Below are positions 24,118 to 37,735 of a DNA stretch of 64,000 nt, piece after piece. This DNA is from Podarcis tiliguerta (taxonomy: Eukaryota), in assembly GCA_965153285.1 (NCBI GenBank), contig OZ229121.1, one strand, 5' to 3'. Under the pieces are notes generated by a model, which ran no database searches, was not told where the DNA came from, and saw only the letters and a list, made by a program, of their open reading frames with translations. Position numbers and translations under genes: made by a program. How positions within the stretch are numbered: position 1 is the first letter of the stretch; every line of letters starts with the position of its first letter.

Positions 24118-26840
24118 GATACAGATACAGATACAGTTCAACCCCAATGCAGCTAAAGGGCTATAACTATTTTCTCCGGCCCTGCAGCTCATTCGAACGA
24201 GTTTATTCTGGCTATTATTATTTTTCGGGGCATTACTGAGGCTGTCTTGATACAAACGATGCAGAAGAGCATAGGCGGGGCCAGAGTGGGACAAGAGCCC
24301 CCCCCCCCCAGTAGACCCCTCCATTCACTATCATCCTTGCTTGACCCCCGTGGGATAAGCGTATTCTATAACCCCCACCCCATCCCGCAGTGGGGTTAAG
24401 ATTCCTTCCCATTCCCCGAATCCCTATTTTAAATCTGGTTATCAATATGTTCATGCTCTTTTCTGGTGGAGACGATGCAAATGGTGCCGAAATGGACCTG
24501 ACGGCCATACTAAATATTCGCAGTCACGCAGCTTTGCTTTGGTTCTTCGGGAAATAAATGCTCCTCCCTTCTGTCCCTCCTTTTAATAATAGTATTCTGT
24601 GAGCAGCGAATGTATATTTAATCAGTGTGGTGCGAAAATGATATTCAGTCCTATCTTAACCACGTTTACCCAGAATTAAGTTATAGTGAGATGAATGGAA
24701 TCTTAGTCTCAAGTCAAAGCTCCTAGGATTGCGGGACGACGAGGCCCAATGAGAATACAGTTGTCTTATTCCCTTGTACTACAGCTTAAATGGTCCGTGG
24801 TTTGCATTTTTGTCCAGTATAGCAGAGTAGCATTGCAAAAACGCCGGCAGTTGTTTGTTTGAAGGCCTTCTAAAATCTGAAGTTCGTATTCTGAAGCTAC
24901 CGAGAAAGTCTGGAGACGAGAAATACTGTATGTTAGGTGAATATGGCGATTATCAAGAATGGCTTTTACAGTGAGTTTGCAGCACAGAATAATGAGAAGC
25001 TTTGTGTCGTCGCTTGGTGATTTAGGGAAAATAATAAACGTTTTCTTATTGGAACAAAATGTTGTTACAATAGGTCGTACTAATTCTACAGTTGTTTAAA
25101 AGCATATATTTTACCTCCCATGTGGGAAGTTAAAAAAGCATATATGTTATTGTACTTATTGTACCTAACAGGTGATTCAAATAATAACTCTTTATCAAAT
25201 TACTTTTCTGTATCCAAAGAACAATATTAGTGAAATCACTGAAGGTACAACAGGTATAATGAAATAAAAAAACGTTTGCTCAAATATCCAGTCTTGAACA
25301 AGAAATAAATTTTCAATGTTGGGAATAGAGAAATGAAAGAAATTGAACAGTTTTTCATCCATTAAGTAAATAATGAAACAGAGCACGATCATTGCATTAA
25401 AATGTTTTATTTTCGTGGATTTTGTTGATTAACAAACTTAAGGTCAAGTTCAAGGCATCACCTGTGACAATACGTCTAAATATGTCAAACTTGAAATGTT
25501 GTCCTGCGGTTGTTTTGGTTGTTTTTAAACGGGAATGGTCTCCTTTGCAGACCAGACATTGACCTCACGGTCTTTAGGAAAAACCACCAGGTTCAGAATC
25601 CGCGGCTGGACTTCTCATTAGGATGTCAGAGGGTATTATGTATTTGAAATTTACAAGAGCGGTGTCCGTGTGTTTTACTCTCTTGAAGCAGCAGATCTGC
25701 TGGGACAGATCCAGACGCAAAAATGCTAGAAATATAAATTCCTTGGTAGTAGCTACAGTGCTGTGGTTTAACCGGCTGGTGCTTATTACGTTCAGCAAGG
25801 GCTGATTTGTTAGGGATTTCGCGGATATGAACCGGGTGTGTTTTGTCCATTAAGGAACGTGCAGACCTTTCCAGCCCTCACGCTCCTGCTTTTTCTTCTC
25901 AAACCAAGTTAGCTGCTCTAAACACCTTGAGAACCTTGCATCTGGACGCTTTATGTATTGGGACTCAAAAGAAGACTTGTGAATCCTGTAATTGTGTGTG
26001 CTGCCCATATTTTCATTTAGTGGGGGAAGGAGAGTGGTCAAATAAATGTACACGCCAGAATGCACACGCAAAGCACAAGAGCATGAATATGTGGCTCCTT
26101 CTCCGGCCAGTCGGTTACAGAAACACTGACTGCAACATCTAAAGGAATACCTCAGTTTTATTTGCAAACGCTTATGCAACGCTATGGAGTGTACAGTACA
26201 GTCTATCACAGAAGCTGTTGCTGAGTGCTATAATGAAACGAACGTTGCACTGAGGTGGACGAAAGGCATACAGAAAATTCACATCTACGACTGCCGTCTG
26301 TAAGCGGTATATTCGTATCTTGAAAGCACATGTAACATTCTGTTCATAGCTCCAAGGGTACTTACTTGGAAGCAGATTTCGTGGAAAGCGATGGGGCTTG
26401 CTTGGAAGCAAACGCAGTTTAAGATAGGGAAAGTAACTTAGGCGGGTTGTAATAATCTTAATTAGGAAAGTCAACCTTTCTTGCTTAAACTCATGGCAAC
26501 TAAAAACCCTTAACTTTAACCTAGCCATGATTTCCGATGTCAGTGAAACACTTCCAGTTTTAGATAGGATCGGGCCCATACTTTATTTCTAATCAAATAT
26601 GTATAGGGTCGGAATCAGTTAGCGCCATCTCATCAGGCAACAAAAATACATTTTCAAATGCATTTGCTTTAATTTTTAACGTAAATACTGACACCAGTAT
26701 CTCTAGGTCAAATTGCAAGAAAACAGAGCACCTTGTTCCACAATTTGTATTTTGTTAATATCCATTCACTGTTAGGGAAATACAACCGAAGCTACTGTTT
26801 TAAAGATATATTTCTTTTCAATATTCCTAATAATTGCTTC

Positions 26841-26969
26841 CAGGGACATGATCCAGTGTACAAGTGATTCTAAACCCCACTGAGTTCAGTAGCAGAAAAC
26901 AGGAGAAAATCTCTCACCATTGAAATAAGGGAGAATGAAAATGCTTAATTTTATCTGGTTCATGCCCTG
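26841..26969. mobile_element. MITE-like element with terminal inverted repeats
   Basis: Ends CAGGGACATGATCCAG ... CTGGTTCATGCCCTG; the interior contains CCCCACTGAGTTCAGT and CCATTGAAATAAG motifs shared with the other repeats. Confidence 0.5.
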
Positions 26970-29900
26970 TGAATTTATTTATGTATTTGTAGGCCATTTC
27001 TATAACAGCAAGTGTGCATTTAAGAACAGCAAATAGAGGGGAAATATTGGCCAATGGGACAGAATACATTTACAAGCATAGTTTATAAATGGTTCTACAG
27101 AAATGAAACTTCGTTTACATAGCTGCTTTTGTTTTAAGTAATGGAAAATTAAAAGCCAGGAGTCACCTGCAGCACCGACAACCCCAAACCAGCATCTCTC
27201 CTGGTTGTCCATTTAGGTGCCATATGCAACCTACCTAGCTAATAGAGGGCATATACCCCCAGTAACATGACAAATCCCGCAGACCTAAACCCCATTTAAG
27301 TTCAGCGACATGTACCGCCGGACATCTGAACTGAAGGAGATCAGTTGAAAATAAAATAAAATTCTGCAGCATGGGCCCAATGGCAAAACACATTATACAT
27401 TAAGAAAAAGACGTGATAAGCGAATTTTCACAAACATCTGCCAAATATAGACCCATAAAGAAGCAACCATTCTCTATAATATCGTATACATCTGAGCGTC
27501 GGGCGCCTGGCATATAACCATACTAGACAATTTATAGGTAAGAAAGCGAAGAGGCATTTAACATATAATAAAGCGAGGTCTTTAGAGAACAAAGGGAGCA
27601 TTTCGAATCTTTCTTCTTGTGCTCGTTACAACGACGAAGAGAAAGCCTATAATCTTCCGGAATGGAAACCGCTCTTCCTCGTTTAGTGGAGGCATGTGTT
27701 TTCCTATTTCCCCCACTTACGTGCACTGAATCCTTAAATCCTTAAATTGAGACCCTTCGGTTTCTAACCCCAAACTAAACACCTCCGTGGTATCTACGTG
27801 GCTTTCGCTCAAGGTGAATTGTGGGGATGGCGCAGGCTGAGGGGATGATCCTCAGCTCCTTTTCCCTCTTCCTACCGAATCTCCGCAGAGGAAGTTGCGG
27901 ATATTGCATTTCAAGGGGGGGGGGCTTTTTTTAAAAAGGAGAGCAAACAAATAAGCCCCCAAAATAGCCACCTTAACAGCAGGCTCACCATAACTGAGGG
28001 CCCATTTGGAGGAGTTGGAGGCACACATTAGCGGCCTATCACTTAGCAGCAAATAAAGCAGAGATAAGTGTGCCTTGGGTGCCTACTAATTCTGAGACTA
28101 GCGGCACCCTTAAGTCTTGTCCCTTTGCATAATAGCCTTTAATGGCTTCACAAATGTAAGCGGTTGCCAGGAGTCAATGCATAGTGTGTGTCCCCCACCC
28201 CTCCTCCACCACACACACCGCCACATCTTCCTTTGCACAAAAATGCAACTGCCCCCAAATCTCCGAGTATCTAATACATTTCCGAAAACCGAAAACCCAT
28301 CACTAATATCCCAAGCCAGACAGGAGATGGCTGAAGGTGCAGACAACTGGGCAGGCTTCCTTCAACCTATATCCTCCTCGCCGCCCCATCTTAATTTCCC
28401 CTTTGTCTGAAAGGATTTGAACATGCAAGGCTCTCGGTCACCTCCTAAAGGACCTGGAGTCCTTCCGAACAACAAACCTTGGGCTTCCAAACCTGCCCCC
28501 TTTTCACCTAAGGCTGCAGCAGACTTATTGAAACCAGCGAGGCGGGGAGGGGGGGGGAATCCGTGTAGGTGGTTGTCTGTCTCCTGGCTTTCAGTCGGTC
28601 GGATCTGGCATGTCCGCTCAGAGACAAGCTGAAGTTGACTGCCAAAAGTGCCATAAAACCCCAGGCCAGTCTAGAACTGTTTTCGGTTCTCCTAGACGCG
28701 CCGGGTTCAATGAGAGCCTGTAAAAGCCACCCGCCCCCCACCCTCCATACAAGTGCAAGAAAGTTGTTTGCTAAGGCAGGAGAGGCGGAGCGAGTCTGGG
28801 CAATGGTGGCGCCTTTGTTATCACTGGGGAGGAAAAGGGGGGAGCCTTCAGAAATCCACTCTTGTCCAGTTGGAAGGGAAAGGAATCAAGCAATCTTTTC
28901 ATACATATATATGGTTTGGGTCCTGGGGCTGGGGATCTTCATTATGTATTTTCTACCATATGTATACATATGGTACAAATGTAAGCTAGATACAATTCTC
29001 AGGTACCTTGTTTTATTCGGGACGGAGGGAAAATAAAATCAAAAGGCTGTCGTTAAGGCCAATTTGGCAAGCATCAATGTTGCATATTTCTGCACCTTAC
29101 CCCCCCCCCACACTCTAAAAGAAAAGAAATAAAACAGTTTTATAGTCCCACACAGACCCAAGCAATCTGTAACTAGCCCTTTGATGACACGCTTATCTCT
29201 TATTTCCATCCACTCTCTTGGCAAATGCGACAAGGAGGGAGATTAATTAATAATTTCAAGTTCAGCTCACAACCGTTGAAGGCCCATAAAAGTTATTCCA
29301 GCGATCCAAAATAAAGAGTTCATTAAAGGGATATGTCCAAAGCGTTTGATTTGTGATTGGTAACCCTTGTAAAATAAGAAGAAAAAGAAGAGGGGAGGGG
29401 GGGAGAGAGAAAAGAAAATAGGGAGCCAGAGAAAGAGCGAGGTAAAAGGCATATAAACATTAATGTTAATAAATTAGTTTACTCCGCTACAAAGTAATTA
29501 CTAGATATTATTGATATTTGCAGCTTCGTATACAGTTAAATCGAACGCAGAGAAAATACATAATGAGGATTTTTTCCCCCTCCCAGGACCCAACATGATT
29601 AGATTTGTTATTGAGTCAGTTACGATAAGTTCAGCAATAAATAAACAAATCGATCTTGACATTCAAATCCCCGGATCTCCAGCATGTACAGTAGAACTTT
29701 GAGCTTCTGATGTATTAAAAAAGAAGAAGTTACGTGGGTGGGTGGGTGGTAAAACAGCAATTTAAAAAAGGATGTCTCCCTCCCTTTTTAAAAAAAAGGT
29801 ACCCCCAAGAGATCATGACATCCCCTGGAATGATATGTGCGCGGGGTTTTCTTTTTACACCAATTCCATAGTGAGTTATCTGTGGCCTTGTGGTAGCTCT

Positions 29901-30129
29901 GTTTTCCCCACCCTGCCCCCCGCTATAATCAGATTCAGCCAAAACACGGATCTCACTAAAATTAAGCGGGTACACATAGGAAAGGGTGGGACATGGTTGC
30001 TGTAGGTTTTCCTGTCGCTTGGCAGGATTATTCCACACACAGACACACACCACCAGCAGCACTTCCACCTGGTTTCCTTTTGCTCTTGGGTGTGGACGCT
30101 ACTTCTAAACACAGCCAGTTGCCTTTTAT

Positions 30130-30200
30130 TTCCTGCGCATGCTTCCTCGGAAGTAAGCTCCACTGAGTTCAATGAGCCTAAATCCTGAATCGCTGGAGTG
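30130..30200. mobile_element. Family-B MITE-like fragment
   Basis: CTCGGAAGTAAGCTCCACTGAGTTCAATGAG core. Confidence 0.5.
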
Positions 30201-31619
30201 AGCTTCCAGCCCTGATCACTTCTCTATACAGTCTTCCTCTCTATAAGGCCGCCTTTCCTCCGACTATAGTCAAAGCTTTAAAAAAGAGGTCTTTCTGCAG
30301 ACTGGGGTTAGTGCTATACAGTATAGAGCCACTAAGGCAGTTAAACTTTAACGCTGAAATTCGGACCCGCCGAAATCCTGGCTCGTCTGCCTCCTGTCCC
30401 TGCTAATTTTGCATACTTCTTGCTCGCAGATATATGTCTGGCTTGGTGCATCTGACCAAATGATTCCAGTCCACGCCAGTTTGTGCCATCATGGAAACGC
30501 GTTGGCTGTAGAGGTGCCGCAAGACTCTTTCTTGCTGCGGCTCACCCGCTGGAATTCTAATGCTCCTCACGAGTCCCTTGCAATGAACGGCACTTACTTC
30601 CGAGGAACACCTTTCAGGATGGGGAGGGGCGCGCGCCTAGGGCTCATCCGACCTCGCTGTGGGTTTCTCAGGTAGGCAGCTGCCCTTAGGTCGCTTGCTG
30701 CTCTTTCACCTGATGGGTTGCAATCCAAAGACGTCCTGCCATTGCATGTAATAATGGACAAAAATAAAAATAATCGAGCAACTGGGGTTTCAAAGCGAGA
30801 GGAGGCCGGGGATGGGGAGGGTGTGTGTGTGCGGGGAACGGAGAGGAAAAGCCTTGTTAAGGGAGCATAAAAGACCGTGAAATGCCTAGAGCAGAGCTAG
30901 GATGAAGCAGCCCAGGCTCTCTGAGGTTAGTACGTAGGAAAGGAAGGCGTTTAAGTGCCTTCGGAAGTCGAACATGAACGCGAGCATGTCATCCATTCAC
31001 CATGAAAATCAGTACAGACTTGGCCCTGGCACATTCTTCCCCGACCATGCCTTCGGAGAGACAGAAAAACAAAAACCCCTGCAGGGCTGGGCGAGTACCT
31101 TCCGGAGGAGCCCTTCCCAAGGACCCCGTCGCTTGCGGAGCAGCGCTTCCCAGAAGCCAAGATCTGGACAGAATTAGGAGATTACACGGCATCTCATGAA
31201 AGCGACTCAACGTGCTTTTAAAGGGGTGGGGGTGGAGGAAGGGAAGAGATGGTGCGGGGGAGAGGGAGAGAGATCCGTGGGCACTTCAGCGGGCTAATAG
31301 GCTCAAGATAGCTTGATTGCGCGCGCGGGTGGGAAGAGAAGGGCTGCAGGGCGAGAGAGAGAGAGCGAGGAAGGAAGGAAGAAAGGAAGAAAGAGAAAGA
31401 AAGAAGGAGAGCCGGACAGAGGCTAGCAGTCTTTTCTGTCCTCCTTACTGTCCACGAGGCCCGCGTGAGTTGCACTTTAGATCTCGTGCTTTTTAGCCAG
31501 AAGACCAAAAGTGACGATCTGTTGCTTCCCTTGAGATGGCTACAAAAGAGGAGGGGGCGGGAAAAGCGGGGGGGGGGGGGACGACAGGAGGGAGGGAGAG
31601 AAGGAGAGAGGGCCCATAC

Positions 31620-31760
31620 TCGCAGCTTGTCAATTTCAACATTTGGTCACGTGACCAGCGCCTCCCTGCTAAGGATGGGGATAGATTTCCACGTCAGCTT
31701 TACGTCTCCAAATTTCTTACTTCACGGATCTGCTTCAAAGAGGCAGCTGCATTAGAGAAT
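31620..31760 (+). promoter_or_regulatory. HOXA11 proximal promoter / 5' UTR conserved block
   Basis: Perfect 14-bp palindrome TGGTCACGTGACCA (31644-31657, USF/TFE-type E-box), CCACGTCA, TTTACG, about 150 bp upstream of the ATG. Confidence 0.7.
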
Positions 31761-31761
31761 C

Positions 31762-31797
31762 ATGTTAAGCTCGGCTAATGCGGAGAGCCCGAGGTAG
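31762..31797 (+). other. u[14 protein letters not shown] in the HOXA11 leader
   Basis: ATG TTA AGC TCG GCT AAT GCG GAG AGC CCG AGG TAG; ends 4 nt before the main ATG. Confidence 0.65.
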
Positions 31798-31801
31798 CCT
31801 A

Positions 31802-32582
31802 ATGATGGATTTTGATGAGCGTGTCCCTTGCTCGTCTAATATGTATTTGCCAAGTTGCACGTACTACGTGTCGGGTCCTGATTTCTCCAGCCTCCCTTCT
31901 TTCCTGCCCCAGACCCCGTCTTCTCGCCCCATGACATACTCCTACTCCTCCAACCTACCCCAGGTCCAACCCGTGCGGGAAGTCACCTTCCGCGAGTATG
32001 CCATTGATCCGGCTAGTAAATGGCACCACAGGAACAACCTCCCGCATTGCTACTCGGCCGAGGAGATCATGCACAGAGACTGCCTGCCCGCCGCCGCCGC
32101 CAACACGGCCGCCGCCGCTGCCGCTGCCGCCAGCATGAGCGAGATGTTCGGGAAAAACACCGCCGCCGTCTATCACGGCCACCACCCGGCTACGACAGCC
32201 ACCGCCGCCGCCGCCAGCGTCTCCTCCAATTTCTATAGCACCGTGGGCAGGAACGGGGTGCTCCCGCAGGCTTTCGACCAGTTCTTCGAGACGGCTTATG
32301 GCACGGCCGACAGCCACTCGGACTATGCAGGCGAGAAGAACGGCGAGAAGATGCCCCCAGGAGGGGGAGCCGCTCCGGGGCCGGCCGCCGCCGTCGGCGC
32401 AACGTCAAGTTCGGACGGGAGCTGCGCCAGGGACGCGGCATCAGCGGCGGCGGCGGCGGCGGCGGCTGCCGCGAGCGCCGCGGCCTCGGCTGCGGAGGAG
32501 AAGGAGCGGCGGCGGCGGACGGAGAGCAGCAGCAGCCCGGCTTCGTCTTCCGGCAACAATGAGGAGAAATCCAGCAGCTCCA
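31802..32582 (+). CDS. HOXA11: Homeobox protein Hox-A11, coding exon 1
   Basis: (M)[65 protein letters not shown]...[19 protein letters not shown]; tandem ATGs at 31802 and 31805; phase-1 donor A|GTACGT at 32582/32583. Confidence 0.98.
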
Positions 32583-32584
32583 GT

Positions 32585-32800
32585 ACGTATAAAGGCAGCG
32601 CCCTGGCGCTTTTATGAAGCGGACTTGGAAATCTTAGCGCACCGCCGCTGTTAAATTTTTATATGCTGTTTTATAAGCATATAAGGTTTATGGAAGGGCC
32701 TGTAGATTTCCCCCAACAAAACTTTGTTATAAAAGGAGAGATCACGTGGCGGGGACTGAAATTGGCCGTGAAATACCCACCGGCCAATGGATGCCTTTTT
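32585..32800. promoter_or_regulatory. HOXA11 intronic regulatory element (Hox/Cdx site cluster, E-box, paired CCAAT)
   Basis: TTTTATGA 32610, TTTTATAA 32669, TTTATGG 32687, TTATAAAA 32727, CACGTG 32743, ATTGG 32761, CCAAT 32784. Confidence 0.6.
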
Positions 32801-34281
32801 AAAACAAAAAAAGAAAAAAAAGGAAAAGTCCCCCCCCCCCTTAAATCATAAAAAAAGAATAAAGAGAGAGAGAGAGGATGTTGGGGAGAGAAAGGCTCTG
32901 TGGTCAAACTCTTGAAAATATAATAACGCACGTTTTGCGCCTGTAAATGTACCCAAAAGGGGATTTCTGAGTCCTTTGATATCCATGTAATCCTGTGATT
33001 ATTTTTCTTCTCTCTTTTTTTGGATTTTTTTTTATAAAAGCCATGTGTTGCCCCAGAAGCCTAGTTAGAAACTTGGATTCAAAGCCATCCCAGTTTTTTA
33101 ACGATTGCCCGGGAATAGCGTTTAGCAGAAAAACTAGCTGCCTGCACTGTAGCAATATAGTTAAAGCAACAGATTAACCTAAAGCTGGCCTTTTTTTGTC
33201 TAAAGGAAGCCATTTTCCTAAGACAATGTGGCAAGTATGTGTTGCCTTCTGCCCAACAGTTTGCTACTTACAATTGCTATTCAACCTGTCACTGCCTGGT
33301 TTTATTTTTTTAATGTAGATTTTTTCTTGCTCCTCACCCCCTCACCTTCAAAAGCCTAGGAAAATAGCCTTGTAATGAGCTGTAACAGCAAATGGGGACG
33401 TGTTGTGTGTATGTGTGTTTGCCAGGAAATATAGCACCAATATTTAATGTAAAAAGCCTTTAAACATTAAAGGAGGGGGGCTATGAACATTAACCCCAGT
33501 GTGGCTATGAAGGAGCCAAAGGACTTGAGAGAATATAGCAGAGGGGTTAAATTTAAAACACACACACCCCAGATGCGAGTGATAAGATGTAATGAACTAG
33601 TGGTTGTCTAGGGCGCTGGGGTACTGTTTTGTTATTTTTGAACAAAAGGAAGCTGCACACAAAAGCAAAACCAAGTTTAAGATTATAAAAAAAAAAAACC
33701 TCGGTCAATGTACAGGAGCCCATTTGGCTTCTCAGATCCTGGTGTCATAATGTCCTTCAGGGGTGAAACAAGCGATGAAGCTCCCTGTGTCCTCTCTTAA
33801 AACTGAGTTGCAAAACTGGGTTGCAAGAACATTGTCACAGCTGGGTTAGGTTACAGAGAGTCTGCTATCAACCTTCTTAACCTTCCCGCGCCAAGCATTG
33901 TATTATTAGGAGACTGCTTGTGCGATGTCCATCTAGATCTTGTGCACTGCAGATTCTGCTGATTAGGGAGTCAGTAGTTTGGACACTGTGGGTTTTAATT
34001 CCATAGCATAGCGCCTCAGGTGTACTGCCTGAAGTGATGCTTCAAAGCGAAGATGTTGGGATTTTGGAATATTACATGCAAATATGTTCCTCAAATAAAG
34101 GTCAGGCTAATACAGCTGCAGAACGGAACAGAGCGTCAACTTTATGTAGCTAATAAACAGGCCTTTTCTCAATGGTTCAACCCAAGAATGTCCCTTTATT
34201 AAATATGAATTGCAGTCGTCCCCCAGCCCTATCTGATCCCAGACTTAATGGCTTCTGCCTTTTATTTTTGTCATTCAACAG

Positions 34282-34514
34282 GTGGACAACGCACCCGTAA
34301 AAAGAGATGCCCCTACACCAAATATCAGATTAGAGAATTAGAGAGGGAATTCTTCTTCAGTGTCTATATAAACAAAGAGAAACGCCTCCAGCTCTCCCGA
34401 ATGCTCAACTTGACCGACCGTCAAGTAAAAATATGGTTTCAAAACAGAAGAATGAAAGAGAAAAAAATTAACAGGGACCGATTACAATATTACTCAGCTA
34501 ATCCACTACTTTAA
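34282..34514 (+). CDS. HOXA11: Homeobox protein Hox-A11, coding exon 2 (homeodomain)
   Basis: Acceptor CAG|GT at 34281/34282 gives [77 protein letters not shown]; 337 aa from 31802. Confidence 0.98.
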
Positions 34515-36332
34515 AAAACTCGTAGCGTTTTTCAAGATGAGATTAAATTCAGATCTCGCCCATGACAAGGTCAAGCCACAGAGTTACCTATGAGAAGGAG
34601 GTGTGCAAAGTGACGGAGGACGCTGGGAAAAAACACCACACTAATATTTTTTTTCGTCCCCATAAAAATGTAAGCCAACTGGGGTTTCCCGCTACTTTTC
34701 CCTCCCCCCCTAAAAAAAGTTCTTCTTAAAGCTCTCGGCATATCAACTGGAAACGGTTTACACCCTGGACCCGCATTTCCAAACACGCCACCCCCATATT
34801 GTGCTCCGAGGGCAATTTTATACCTCTTACCTATAGACACTGCAACTCATCCCAACGCGGGTTCACACGTGAAAAAGCGGGGAGTGAGTTATTGGATTCG
34901 TGTCGGTCTAAAACTATGTTACTTTGGTTTTACTGTGGAACATTGCTTGAAAGGCTACCCATGGCTGCACCATGCCTGATGGACTACTGCAAAAGAAAAC
35001 CTACAGGAGCCCCCGCAACCTCTAAATGCACAGCCGCCGTCCCATCACCTTCCCCTCCTCGACCCTTAAAATGACAAACCTTCTTCCGCAAGAGCGGTTA
35101 CCCTCTTGACCAAGTTCGAAAAATTTAAGCAGTTGCAAGGCCAATCATAAATGTTTGTAGAGGTGTAGTAGTGTTGAGTCTAACCGTGCTGTTGATAGGG
35201 AGTTATGGCGTGGAAGGTTTGACAGTCTCCTTTTGAAACCATTTCAGGTATTAATTCGCCATATATGGTAAGGAAACAATCACTGGAGAGTCAAACACAT
35301 AGCCACGTGCATTAGCTCTCGTTTAAAAAACCCCAACAAAAAATGAACAACAACTGTCGAAAAGTGGCCGTCCCTTTGGAGACAAATCATTATGTTCTTA
35401 TTTAAATGCTTAAAAAAAAAAATTAAAAACCAAACAAATAAATAAAAGTGCACGGTGGGGTGGAAAGAGAGGGAGAAAGAAAGACTAATCTAATAGCTCC
35501 AAAGGGGGAACCGTAAAAGGAAGCTTCTGGCTTCTGTCTCACAAACTTTCTTCAGGAAATACCTGTGGAGAAGGACAGTTTGGCAAATACCACACAACAC
35601 TTAATTGGACCCTGGATGTGTGCAGTGCACTGAGATCAGATCATTAAAATAACTAGCGTTTTCTTTCCCTTAGAAGCCCAAGCAGAAGGCAAACAATGTA
35701 AATATGGTGGATTGGTTTTCAGATCTTTTTGTTCACTATTAAGTGTCGAAAGCCCTCCTTAATCGTTCAGGCGGCAGAATCAAAGAACGGAGAGTTCCCT
35801 GGAGTTATTTTAAATATATATAAAAGAAGTATATTTCCCTGCAGGAACCAAAGCGAGAGTGAGAAATAGAGAGAGAGAGAGAGAGAACAACGAATTTTAA
35901 AAGAAAGAACTATTTAAAAGTCTATATCAGTTTACAAAGGATATTGTGTTTTATTGTAAAAGTCGCTTGCTGTCGAGAATATCTGAATGTATATTTCATA
36001 CGAGAATGGTGTTTTACAAGACTTGTACATTTTTAAATGATCCGTTTTGGTTGGTATATGTTTTTTTAACGGTCCTTTTCCTTGGAAAATGTCGAGTTTG
36101 TCCTTTTTTAAAAAATAATAATATCTGTGCAAGAAAGATAAGGCGACTAGAATGTTGTAAAAACCACCAGCTTCGAAAAGGGACACGATTTCTTTTACAC
36201 GGTTCACAAAACGCAATACCTTTATATTCCAACACTGTTTGAAGATATGTATCGTCATATATGTAAATACGGTTTCTTTTACTATGCGAAGGTCTTTCGT
36301 GGCATGTATACAGTGGTACGGCGCACAACGAA

Positions 36333-36338
36333 AATAAA
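36333..36338 (+). terminator. Probable HOXA11 polyadenylation signal
   Basis: AATAAA at the end of an AU-rich 1.8-kb 3' UTR-like tract, with T/GT-rich sequence downstream. Confidence 0.55.
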
Positions 36339-37735
36339 CATGTGGGAAATTTATAATAATAATAATAATAATTTTTTTTTAATCCTTGTGTTGTATTAAT
36401 GGATATTCCTTGATCTGGGCTCTGAGAGTTTGAATCATGGCTCCTGAATGGGATGCTTTCATGGAAATTCCATTCACCTATTGCTTCTGGTCCTTCAGGA
36501 TAAGGCAGTGCAACATGTCTGGTATTTATGAATGCGTAGGCAGACTGCAGCGAGCTTGAGGCCAGGTTTCACCGGTTTGTAGAAGTGGGAGGAGGTGGAG
36601 GATCACTCCTTCAAGTAACTGCAGATTACAGGCTTTATACATTTGCTCACAGGTGTAAAACCTATTAGAAAAGCTGGTGATTTTTTTCTGGGCTGGTCCG
36701 CTCTTGTTTATCTCGGGCGCCATATTTCTGAACACACTCCTTTAAGTGCTAAGCAATGTTTGTGGCAGGACCTGATCCCCAAAACGGCAATGATAGCGAG
36801 GCAGAATGAAGCATATTGGTTGAAACGTGTTGGTTCCTCTGTGGTAACTCCTAGGGAAAGAGGATGGCGAGGCATTCCTCCTGCGAGTGAGGCCCAGATG
36901 GGCTGTGTGTGGTTTTCGTTCTTAATCTCTGGAGCGGGGGTGGAAATTAAAAATTAAAAAACAACCCACCGAAGACCTTTTTGAGGATGTGGCATGAGGT
37001 TGATTTTCCTCTCTTACACTTAATCAGGAGAGAAAGTACATACTGTTTTCTCCTATTGTTTATTGGCTTTGAACTTCTGTATTGCTTTGGACATCACCCA
37101 TAACCTTGAGGTGAAGGGCTAACTGGCTCTGGGCTTTTGCTGACAACCCCCACCTAAGCCAGACAGCGTCTGGTCAAAGGAAATGTACAAAGATGAAGCG
37201 CAGGGGGAGAGAGGAGAGAGAGAATGGAGCTCACTTGCTTGTTTGTTTATTTGGCTAGCATGCTACAAAGGAATGCAACTCTTAAAAGGGAGAGATAGAA
37301 AGATAGATGGAGAGAAGAGAAAGAGAGGGAGAAGACAGGGAGAGGAATAGGCGGGTGGCAATAAATGTTCAGGCAGCAACTTCCTTTGCTAGTTAAAAAT
37401 TAACTGGTTATTCATCTCTAGGTTGACTCATGGAGTTTCTCCAGTTTTGTGGAGAGGCTGCTGGTGATTTCCTGGCCCAGTTAAAAAAAGGTGGGGGGAC
37501 ATCCCATATGTGTTGCCGGGACAATGCAGCTATAAAAGTGCCCTCGACTTTCCTCCCCCCTCTTCTATTTGCATACTGGGAAAGCTGGGCTATAAACGAG
37601 GCGGAGGTTTGTTTCAGCCATCTCTGAGCTGTGGAGGGTAGATCTGCGGAGGGCAATTGTCTGCGCTAGCATCCGTTCGTTTAACGCGGGGCATTTGGAA
37701 ACCGGCCGGCAGGTCAGCTCTGCGGAGCAACGCTG

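Noticed and set aside
26620-26637. Weak CTCF-like AGCGCCATCTCATCAGG
   Set aside because: Only half of the core matches.
14020-31760. Search for a HoxA12 gene or pseudogene
   Set aside because: No homeobox-like ORF was seen; HoxA12 is absent from gnathostome HoxA clusters.
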